This document shows positions 54,151-64,000 of a stretch of 64,000 nt of DNA, piece by piece (the stretch's first letter is position 1; every line of letters begins with the position of its first letter). Both the position numbers and the translations under genes were made by a program. Where the stretch lies: positions 310,001 through 374,000 of the forward strand of contig QPMI01000022.1 in assembly GCA_004431415.1 (NCBI GenBank), read 5' to 3'. The notes beneath the pieces are model-generated. The model did not search any database, was not told the DNA's origin, and was given only the letters and a program-made list of their open reading frames with translations. Origin of the DNA: Cyanophora paradoxa CCMP329. Its lineage: Eukaryota > Plantae > Glaucophyta.

Positions 54151-55104
54151 ATGGTGAGGGCAACAGACAGCCAGATAGTTCTCGCGCCCACAAACGAGTG
54201 GTTCGGCGTCCCGTCGTACAGCGCCGACTACAGGGCGCCGGGCGTCATCTACCGGAAAGAGCAGGCCCCGAACCGAGGGGGCGGGGCCGGCGGGGGCGCC
54301 TTCGACGGCCTGCAGGCGAACTACGAGCGCACGCGGGCCACCCACTACGTGACGAACACGCGGGCGGCCTTCGCGGACCGCTCGGCGCAGCGCGTGGTCT
54401 CCTCGTCCATCCCCCGGGACGCCCAGACCAAGAGCAGCGTCGTTCTGGGGCAGGCAAGCTGTCTTCTCTCTCATTCTCGTGGAGGAAGAGCTAGCCTGAC
54501 CCAGAGCCGCGCAGGACGACCTGGGGGGCGGGCTCTACCAGACCCACCACGCCTCGGTGTACAACCCCGTCTCGGAGCGGCACGCGCACCCCTACGACAG
54601 CCGCCCCGTGCAGAGGCCCGTGCAGCAGCACCCGCCCTACGACCTGGTGAGCGAGGGGGAGCCAGCCCTCGGGGGCGCTCTCGGATGTGCGTTCGCGCCT
54701 CACTGAGGGGAGGGCAGATCAACGGCGGCGAAGCGAAGCCGCGGCGGCTCAAGGAGGGGTACCAGCCTTCCCTGCCCGCCGGCCGCAAGGCCATCCGCCT
54801 GGTACGCTGAGAGAGCCGGGACCACAGCTCAGCTGAGCTGAGCTGAGCTGATCTGAAGCGGCCCCGCCCCACCCCGCAGGAGCCTGTCGAGGCGAAGGTC
54901 GGGCACCCCAGCTTCGGCATGACCTACAACAGCATCGACGGGCGCATGATGAAGAAGGTCCGCTCGCTGCTGCTGCTGCCCTCGACCACCGCCCGCGGCC
55001 GACTGCAGCTGCCCTCCGCGCAGCCGCCGCCCCCGCTGCCTTCCAAGGTCTTCACGGAGCGACCGCCCCTGAACTCCCTCGGCGCCCTCCGCCCGCCCCT
55101 GTGA
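54151..55104 (+). CDS. Hypothetical protein (4 exons), weak resemblance to ciliary microtubule inner proteins
   Basis: Clean splicing through three introns (the first GC-AG at 54454). Motifs HYVTNTRAAF and KSSVVLGQ|DDLGGGLYQTHHASVY. Confidence 0.55.
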
Positions 55105-55499
55105 TTCGTAATCGAACCCGACCCGCTCTCTCGCTTCCTCGGTCCCCTAGCTTTCCCCAACCCGCTCCTCTTTAGTCTTTCTCCCGCGCCCGGCGGTCCG
55201 CTGGCGCGCTCGAATTCGATTTCGATGTCGTTCTCTGGAATTATGCAAAGAAGACAGAAGACACATCATCATCAAAGCATCTCGAGCACACAGGAATACG
55301 GAATCCTGCTTGCGAAGTTCTGTCTTAAGCTGAGAAATTGAAGAGCGAAAAAGCAAAGCGGCGTGATTATGTCAACATTATCGATACTGTCGCTTGATAT
55401 CGATAATTTCGCTGTATCGCTGTACAGAGGTAAATATCACATGTCCTTGTTGAGCCGCGGCAGCAATTCTGCAGAACCAAGAGGTCAGCGACGCGCCGC

Positions 55500-56182
55500 A
55501 GCCTAAGACTCTGAGAGACGCGGTACAGCGCTTGCGCACCACTTGCGGCCGGTGAGGATCCGTACGCTCACGAAACCGACAGCGACGACCGCGGCGGCCG
55601 CAGCGGCGGTGATAGAGATCGTGCGCTTCGATGCGGACTCTGCGGCGCGGACGTGAGCCGGGCGCCGACCGCGGGCGCAGCATTGCTGTCAATCATATGA
55701 GTCGGGTGCGGACCGGCAGTCTTCTCGGCGGCCTCGGCCTTCTCGGAAACAGCCTCCTTAGACTTGCTGAGGAGAGCAGAGGCGGATTCGAGGAGCGCGA
55801 CGGCCTCCTGCCGAATCTTCTCGGCGTAGCCGGCGGCCTTCTCGCCGTAGCCGGCGACAGCGGCGGGGACGTGAACGGAGGGCAAATGCGAAGGAATGGA
55901 CTTCGCAATCTCTTCCGCCTTCGCAATCGCAGGTCCGGCGTAGCTGCGGCCGCGGGGGGCGGTCACACGGGTCGCGGCGGTTGACCGGTGGGTCGCGGCG
56001 GTTGACGGGCGGGGGAGGCGTATGCACTTCAGAGAGACTAACCGCAGCTGCACGACTCTAGAAAAAATGCTCTGTGACCGGCTAGCGCACCTGGTCACGG
56101 TATCGACGACGATCTTCTTGACCTCCTCGGCCTTGGCCTTAAGAGGGGAAGCAGGTGCAGGTGCAGAGGCCTCGGCCGACAT
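55500..56182 (-). CDS. Small Ala/Lys/Glu-rich helical protein with hydrophobic C-terminus (3' end approximate)
   Basis: MSAEASAPAPASPLKAKAEEVKKIVVDTVT|SYAGPAIAKAEEIAK...KAEAAEKTA|ESASKRTISITAAAAAVVAVGF with GT-AG introns. Confidence 0.5.
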
Positions 56183-56348
56183 CGCTGCTGCTGCTCTTTA
56201 CTTGTGCTGCGTCTGCTGACGGAAACTTACTTCGAGGGGGAAGAACTGTGAAGAGGGTACAAACAACGATCGACCCTGCCTCTACCCCCAGGACGCAGCA
56301 TGCGAGCAGCTAGCTAGCAGAGTGCAACCGACTCGGCAGCTTGCAGAG

Positions 56349-59300
56349 ATGGCGGCCGAACCCGAGACTCCGGGCAGCCCTGACTCCGCCTCGAGCGCTG
56401 ACGCGCTGGGCGGCAAGATGAGGTCAGTTCGTGTTGCGGCTACCGGGCGTCTTGCCTCAGCGGCTATTTATGCTGATGCTTCATCGAGCAGCGAGCTTTC
56501 CGTCTTCGGGCACGTGTTCCGCTCCGTCTGCAATTCGCTCACTCGCATGGTCTACGGAGAAGCGTGGTCCGTCTTGTCTTAGCTAGATTTTGAAGCGCTC
56601 TTTAACACTCTCAAATCTGACGTTCCGCGCGTTCCCGCAGGCTTTATCGTGCGCGGAAGCTCTCGATCCATACGCGCCTTCGTGACCGCTCTGACCTGCC
56701 GCGTAGACCCCGCCCCAAACGGCCAGGGCGTATTAGATTGTTATGAGGTGAGCTCGCCGACGCCGCCACGTGCTCTATCTGCCCTCGATCTGCCGCTCAT
56801 CTCTCGCGCCCTTTCCGCTTCGCAGGGTAAGAAGCCCGCGGTTTCTTCTCCTAGCGCTCTCTCAGTCTCTTTGCAGCCTTCTACATCCAGGCGGCGTGCA
56901 TAAACCACGCTCAGTCGTTCCGCTACTTTCGCAATGTCTGCAAGGCGATGCGGTCCGAAGTTTCATTCATCGCCTCTTCCCGCGCGGTGCTTACATGTGT
57001 ACTTTCTTTTCTGCGGCGATGCACAGATTCAGAGAGGGGGAGGGGATGCCTGGTGCGCTGGCAGCTCAGTCGCGCCGCGCCGAAGAAGCGCGTTCGCCTA
57101 ACCGCCTTACCGATAGGGCGCATGATCAAATTCCGCACCCCGGAGTGGCTCGTGGACGTGTCTATGTACCCCAAGAAGGTCTTCCTGCGCAAGGAAGCGG
57201 CGGCGCAGGTTCGCGGGGCCTCGCCGCCCCCTTAGAGGACTCGCCGCTCTCCACGCCGACCGCGCCCCTTCCCGCAGGTTGGTTTCAAGGCGGCTTTCGG
57301 GTTGCCCCTCTTCTTTCAGAACGGTACCCCCTACGGCGTCCTCATGTTCTTCTCATTCGGGTACCCCCTTCTCCTCTCTTTCTTCCTCCCCACTTTCCTT
57401 TCCTTACGGCCACGCAGCCGCCACGAGATCGACCCCGTCGTCATCAACTACGCATTCGAGCACGCCACGGCGGCCTTCTCTCCCTTCGGGCTCGTCGTGG
57501 GCTCTACGGCGCCCCTCTTCAACCGCCTCTACGTCAACCCGCAGGACCTCACCGTCTTCGAGAAGCGGTACCCCCATTCCGCTTCTTCCCCCCGCCTCCT
57601 TTTTTGACCGCGGGTTTGGCAGGGAGGAGGACCGGACGGACGCCGAACTCGACTCGCTCTCGTCGAAGCTGAAGGATCTGTCCCTGTTCCGCCGCTTCGA
57701 ACACCACACACGAGTACGTTTTTCTTCGTACCCCCTTGTTCTCCCGCCTCGCTTTCTTGCCGACCGACCGCCCGCCCGCCCTGCGCTCCTCAGACCTTCT
57801 GCCGCGTTGCGCGGCTGCGCAAGTACCTCCCGTACGAAACAGGCGAGCGTGCTGTACCCGGGAAGCCCTTGCCTTACTTACGCGCGGGCGGCCGGGCAGT
57901 TTTCAAGGCGGGCGAGACGGGTACCACGTCGTACGTCATCGTCAAGGGCTCGGTACAAATACTGGAGCCCGAGAACCTCCAGGTGAAGCGAATGTTCTTC
58001 CCAGGGCGATCCCGGCCGCCCTCTGAGCGGCTCGAACCTCCCAGGACGGGTACGTGCTGCACTCGTCCGAGACGATCGGCGAGGCTGCGCTCCTGGCAAA
58101 CCAGGTCCAGAGGTGCGGACGGAGGCGCAACGCCGTACCCCGCTCCTTCCCCCGTCTGCCGGCGCCGAGCCGGCACGTCGTTCGCAGAGACGTGACAGCG
58201 ATTACGCTGGAGGAGACGTGGATGCTCGAGATCGGTGCGCGTTTCTCTGTCTCGTCTCATGCCGCCGCCCGCCTCACGCCCCTTAGACCTGAACAAAATC
58301 GCCCCCGCCGAGCGGCCCAACGGAGGCGCCGCCGTCACCTCGCCCTCGAAGCCCGGCGCCGGCGCCAAGGCAGAGGAGAACTCCGAGGTGAGCCGTACCC
58401 CCCCGCACGCCCGTACCCCTTTCAACCGGCCCCGCAGCCGACGTTCCTGTCGGACCCGGACGCCCTCCCGACTCCCGATACCCCCGGGCTCGCCCCGGGG
58501 TACCTCGAAGCCATGCTGAACGACATATTGAGTAACCCGAACCCGTCGCCCTCTCTACCCCCGGCCACACCCTCGAACCTTCCCCCCTCCGCCGGACCCT
58601 CCGTCTCTACCCCCAATCCCTTCGCCCTCTTCAACCAGGCCGTACCCGGCATGGAGCACGTGCTCTGGGACCCCTCCACACCCCTCAACAAGCCCCCGGA
58701 AAGCCCCGGCCCGGGGCGGCCCGCCCCGGACCGGAGCCTGGGCGGCCTGCAGCCCCCCGCCGCCGTAGATATGAGCCGCTTCCAGCCGCCGCCGGTGCCG
58801 GCGCCGATCACGCTCCAGACGCTCCAGCAGCTCCAGGCGCTGTCCCCGGACCAAGCCGCCTCGTCCGAAAGCGGCTCGGCTCGCTCCCCGGGGCTCTCCC
58901 CCCAGCACCCCTCGCCCCTCCCCGGCCCGCCCCTCGACCCCTTCCAGCTGGACGGCAACCCCACCGCCCCGTCCTCGGCCTTCCCCGGCCAGCCCCCCTT
59001 CCCCTTGTCCGCCCCTCCCGGCGCGCCCCTGCGGCCGGGCGCCATCCCGGTCCCCGGGGCCGTTCCTGTACCCGGGGCGCTCTCCCTTGGCCCCCCGATC
59101 CAGCCCAAGTCCCTCAAGAATCACCCCCGACCGGCCCCCGGCATCGTCTTCGCGCACGAGGGCCCAACGGGCGGGGCGACGAGCGCCCTGGCCGCGGCGG
59201 CCCTGGCGCACGGCATGCAGCCGGCGGGGCGGCGGCCGCGGCGGCCGCGGCGGTCACGGCGGCCGCCTTTACGGCGGACGACGACATGGACGACGCTGAC

Positions 59301-60594
59301 GGGGACGGGGACGAGGACGATGTCGACGTGGGCAACTCGCCCGGCGGCGCGGGCGGCGCGGGCGGCGCGGGCGGCCCCGCCTCGGCCTCCTCCTCGTCCG
59401 TGCAGCCGACGTTCACGCCGGGCGCCCCGGGGGGCAGCGAGAAGCGCGTCCGCCCCAAGAAGAAGTCGGCGGCGCACATCACGTACGAAGTCCTCGCCCA
59501 GCATTTCACTGTACCCATCAAGGAGGCGTCCGCCAAGCTCGGGTTTTCGACGACGACGCTCAAGAAGCTCTGCCGGAAGTTCGGGGTGAAGAAGTGGCCG
59601 TTCCGGCAGCTGGCGGTGTTGGATGACTTCGTCGTCTCGTGCATCTCTCGGGACCTCTGCTCCTCCGTCGCCGCCTCCTCGGCCGGGCCCGTCCCCGGCC
59701 TCGGCCTCGCCGGCGCATCCTCGGCCACGCTCGGCGCGGCGGCGGCGGCGGCCGCCGCCGCCGCGGCGCTCCGGCGGGTCCCTGGGCGCCGGGCGTGCCC
59801 GGGGCGCCCCCACGCTGGCCGACATCCAGGCGGCCGTGACGGCGGCGGCGGCGCAGGCGCTCCGCGCCGGCGAGGGCGGCGACGCCGCCGGGTCGTCCAC
59901 GAACGCGCCAACGCCAACCCGTCGCTGGCGGCGGCGGCGGCGGCGCAGGCGCAGGCGCAGCTGCTCGAGACGTTCCTGCGGGGCGTCACGAACGCGGCGG
60001 CCGAGGCGCGCCAGAACGCCGCCGTCGCCACCGCCGCCGCCGTCGCCGCGGCGACCTCCGCCCTCCCCGTGCCCGCCCCGGGCCCCTCCTCCTCCTCCTC
60101 CTCCTCCTCCTCCGCGCCTCCCTCGGCTGGCTTCTCCCCCGTCGGACTCGACCCGGCGTCCCTCCAGCGCATCCGGGCCTCGCTGAGCCCCGCCATCAGC
60201 GGCTCGGTCTCCGACGCCGACCTGCAGGCCTACGTCTCCCGCAGCCTCGCGTCGGGGCCCCTGGGGACCCCGGGCCACCTCCCCATGCCCCCCGGCCAGC
60301 TCCACGTACCCCTCAGCGGCATCAAGCGCAAGGTTCGCTACATCCCCCTACCCCCCATCTTTAGCCCCGTACCCGCCCCGCGCGAGCCTCGCGGCGCTCA
60401 CGTAGCCCCCTCAGAACTCGGAAGGGACGTTGCATGGGATCGGCGGCGGCCCGGGGGCACCAGCTTTCGGGGGCGGCCCCGGGCCGGAGCGCACGCAGAA
60501 CCTCCCCCCCGGTGTGCATCTGCAGGCGGAGGGGCAGCAGAAGGGGAGGGTGCTCGGCCCGGGCGCGTTCTTTAGGGGCACCGGCCCTAGCTAG
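56349..60594 (+). CDS. RWP-RK transcription factor with NLP-type GAF-like region and cyclic-nucleotide-binding domain
   Basis: GAF-like GEGMP|GRMIKFRTPEWLVDVSMYPKKVFLRKEAAAQ|VGFKAAFGLPLFFQNGTPYGVLMF. cNMP domain LKDLSLFRRF...VFKAGETGTTSYVIVKGSVQI...IGEAALLANQVQR|DVTA. RWP-RK domain ITYEVLAQHFTVPIKEASAKLGFSTTTLKKLCRKFGVKKWPFRQL at ~59478-59612. Confidence 0.8.
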
Positions 60595-61374
60595 CATCGA
60601 CGTCGTTGCGTGCTTGGGCAGTCCGAGCAGGCGATTTCCTCCTAGGCCTCTTTGTGATACCTCAGTTATCGATTTTCACTTCTCCCACGTGCACAGTCTT
60701 TTCAACAGCTCGGTAGGGGCGTACTGGTAGGCCGCGCAGCACTCGCATTCGCGATTTGCGATCGAATTCCGAATGACAGCAGCAGTTGCAGACAGCTCCG
60801 TGACAGATCGAAGCCGGCTGCTGCCTGCCGTAGTACAGGCTGTACAGCGGCCTGCCGAGCAGCGCTAGCTGCGCAGTGCGCATGCGCGAGCTCTCGAGTG
60901 CGCGCGCCCTTGTTCGGAGATGCGAAGCTTTAAGATAGCTCGAAATTTCAAGGAGGCCGGGGTACGGGGTACGGAGAACTCGCAAGTCTGCTAGCTAGTT
61001 GGCAAGGTCGCGAAGTGACTCGAGTAGCGGACAGCGCCGGACACCGGCTTTGGTCCGCCAGATCTCGATCGAGCGTGCACTTGGCCCTCTTTTGGAGCCG
61101 ATGATATGACAGTGCTCTAGGGAGTCTAGGCAAGCAGGATATCGAATCGTCCGGCTGAGGAACCGGCACCGACACGGCGAGGACTCGAGCGAGCGACGAA
61201 CGCATCGGGCGTCACAGCAGCGACCACCGGATGCCGCTCTCGCCCTCTTCTTGAGAACAACCAGGCTAGAAGAGCGCGATGGGCGCGGGCGCGGGGCGGG
61301 CGTACGAGGCGCCGGAGGGTGAGCAAGCCGAGCTTGTCCGGAACCCGCCCCCGTCCCTCTGATCAGTTGAGCAG

Positions 61375-63119
61375 ATGGCGAGGGGGAAGCTGCGGAAGAG
61401 AAGCAGGAGAAGGCGCCCATCGCCCTTCCCGGGCGCGACGAGATCCTAGAGAGAGTTCAGGCACGAAAGCAGTCGAGCTCAGCGCCAGCACCAGATCCCA
61501 CGCTGGAGGCGGAGGACGAATCGCCCGCGCGTGCAGACGGCGGCGCTAGCTCGACGTCCGGCAGGGTCGCCCAATGGCTCGTCCGGCAGAAGCAGGAAGG
61601 TCCGCTGTGCCAACGCGCGCGCGCACGCACGCACGCAAACGCAATTGCAAGCCGCCTCCTCTGATCCGTGCGGTGCGGCAAACGCAGCGATCCCCGTAAT
61701 CCCGGCGCCGCTGAATCTCGAGACGGGCGCCGACGACCCGTTCGGAGCGCCGGAGGAAGAGGAGGATGGGGTGGCCCCCGGCGCGGCCGGCGGCGCCGCC
61801 TGCCCCGCTCCCGCGGCCGTCGCCGCGCTCTACCAACTGCCGACGGCTTCGAAGGCGTCGGCTCCGGCGGCTCCGGCGGCGCTTGCCGCCCCGCCGGACG
61901 AGTTTGACGAGCCGGACCAGTGCCCGATCGTGAGGCGCCGCCTCTGCCGCCCCCGCCAGGCCATCGCGGTGGCCCTCTCCGCGGCATCCTCCCCCGAGAC
62001 CCGCAGCGGCGTCGGCGGCTTCGACACGCCGCCCCCGTCCCAGACCCTCTTCCCCCAGGGCCGATTCGCGCAGCTGTCGGCGTCCGCGTCACCCCCCATC
62101 TCGCGCGGGCCGCCGAGGGCGCCGGGCGACATGTTGGGCCTGGAGCCTCAGCCCCGCATCCGCAGCCTCAGCCCGGCCCCCGCCATGCAGCGGCGGGGAT
62201 CGCAGCTTGAACGAAACTTCTGCTCCCGCCTGCAGCCTGTCGGCCCGGCCGCCCCCGCCGACATCCTCGTCCTGGACGGGTACGGCGAGCCCTCCGGGGG
62301 TACCAGGACGCCATCCAGCGCCGACGAGGACGCGGACGACGTACCCCCCGTCCCCGGCGCCCGCCGCAACTCGGAGGCGGCGGCCCCGCCGGACGCGGCG
62401 AGGCGCCTTCGGCGCCAGTCCCGGACGCACGCCACGGCCCCGCCCGTCCTCGTATCCCCCATCTCGTCCTTCCTGCAGTACCCCTCCGCAGCCCCCGGCT
62501 CGGCCCTCGGGAGCCCCGCCGCCGTCGCGCGCCCCGCCGTCGTGCACCCCATCGTCTCCCCTCGCCTGGGGCCGAGCGCCCCTCCCTCTTTCCCCTTCCC
62601 GATCGGCATGCGGCGCATGAGCGCGCCGTCCCCGATCATGGACCCCCCGCCGCACTTCCCACTCGGGCTGGCGCTTCCCGACGGGGGGGTACCGGTGCAG
62701 CCCCTCTTCGGCGGCCGGCGCTCCTCTGCGCCGGTCGTGTCTCCCGTCGGCAGCCTCTCCTCCACGCTGGTTCGTTGTCATATGATTTTTCGATGTCAAG
62801 TTTCTTTCGATCTCACGCCTCACCTGAGGCGCAGGGAAGCACCGCGGCGTCGACTGTAACGCTCCCGGCGATCGGCTCGCCCTCGCGGGACGCGGGGCCC
62901 GGGCCCGGCCCCCGCCGGCCCGCCTCCCGCCCCGTCGCCCCCCGGTCCCGGCCCGCGCCGGGGGCTCCTGCCTCGGCCTCGGGGGACGTCGGGCCGGGGG
63001 GTACAGCCTCCCCCGGGTCCCCCAGCTTCTCCCGGCCGCTGCCGCCGAGCCCGCTCGCCGCGCCGCAGCAGCCGCAGCCCCAGACGGGCATCGCCCAGCT
63101 CATCCAAATCATGAGATAA
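61375..63119 (+). CDS. Pro/Ala/Ser-rich low-complexity hypothetical protein
   Basis: Long GC3-rich ORF 61531-62859 plus a terminal exon to 63119. No domain recognised. Confidence 0.35.
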
Positions 63120-63917
63120 CATCATGAGATAACATGAATTCCGTACATCGCAACTAACAATTTCGTATTTACAGTACTTACGTTTACTTATACATACAAA
63201 TACATCCCGCCCCCATCAATTCGCCGAATCACGCTCCAGCCGCGATATGCGATATGAATAAGTAGAGCTTTATCGCTTCACAATAACTAGTCGACGCCGC
63301 AGTTTAATTGTACGTTTTCAACTCTGCAAGGGTATATATATAATTATACTATGATAATCCGATCCGGATCCAGATGTACATTTTCCTAGGTTATCGATAT
63401 CCGATGATCGTGTGGTTCAACGGTTCTCGTAATTGAATAAACCTCACTTAGAGCTCGATCGATGCTACCGTAGTACACGGCAGAAACAACGCATGCGCGA
63501 TCTCAGAATTCGAAAGTGCAATCTCATGATCATATTTCAAGGGTTATCGATCGATACCGTACTGGTTCTCGCTTCACTTCAGCTTCAATTCCAATGCTAC
63601 ACGGCGCCGGCAGGGACAAAGAAACTCACGTACGCGTCGAGAGTGCTATGCGCGCGTGCGCGGGTCCGCTACAGCTAACTAGCTGGCATCTGCATCTGGA
63701 GGATGCCTAGGACCCTCGATATCAAAACTGCCGATATCAAAACTGCTGCAAAACTATCTGTCCGGACCAGGACCCCGGCCCGGATACCGATATCAAAACT
63801 GCTGCCGGGCCGGGCCGGACCGGGCCCGGGAGCCGCGGCCGGGCCGGGCCGGGCCCCGCCCGCCCCGTGCGCATGCCTCCCCCACGCCACGCCCTGTCCG
63901 GCCCTCCCCCCCTCCCT

Positions 63918-64000
63918 TTAGAAGAGCTCCGCGAGGGTGCAGCGGACGCCGCCGCCGCCGATCTTCTCGATCGTCGAGATGTCCGCGTGCAGAAGCTCCT
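63918..64000 (-). CDS. 3' end of an amidinotransferase / arginine-deiminase-related (CtlX/DDAH-like) gene
   Basis: ELLHADISTIEKIGGGGVRCTLAELF* contains the superfamily C-terminal GGGxxRC catalytic-Cys motif. The gene continues beyond the window. Confidence 0.8.
   Translation of the reverse strand, partial: ELLHADISTIEKIGGGGVRCTLAELF

Noticed and set aside
59200-59900. Programmed frameshifting in the RWP-RK gene
   Set aside because: The frame changes fall in GC-rich Ala-codon runs. Sequencing indels or unrecognised short introns are more likely, and no slippery site is evident.
59114-60305. Long minus-strand ORFs (360-394 aa) and similar Arg/Gly/Pro-rich ORFs across the window
   Set aside because: Antisense shadows of GC-rich coding sequence with few stop codons; no independent motifs.

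Overview
Eukaryotic nuclear DNA: GC-rich, gene-dense, with many short spliceosomal introns (GT-AG plus frequent GC-AG), so the six-frame ORF track is mostly antisense or intron read-through noise. A plastid-type nucleotide transporter with an N-terminal Phe-motif transit peptide suggests a primary-plastid alga, most likely a glaucophyte such as Cyanophora (inference). Genes reconstructed by manual splicing: four copies of a minus-strand F-box/LRR-like family (two apparently complete, two partial), a PARG-fold protein with a degenerate catalytic loop, a very large polycystin-2-type (TRPP) channel, a TPR protein, a CBM25-sucrose-phosphatase-like HAD fusion, NDUFS7/PSST, an NTT/TLC ATP/ADP transporter, a type II membrane putative glycosyltransferase, two small hypothetical proteins, an RWP-RK transcription factor with an NLP-like GAF region and a cyclic-nucleotide-binding domain, a Pro-rich protein and the 3' end of an amidinotransferase-family gene. 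The most notable items are the GAF-cNMP-RWP-RK architecture, an AT-rich patatin fragment between two (TA)n arrays in an intron, a 455-bp tRNA-derived SINE with a perfect 15-bp target-site duplication, and the CBM25-phosphatase fusion. Gene boundaries are hand-derived and approximate where stated.
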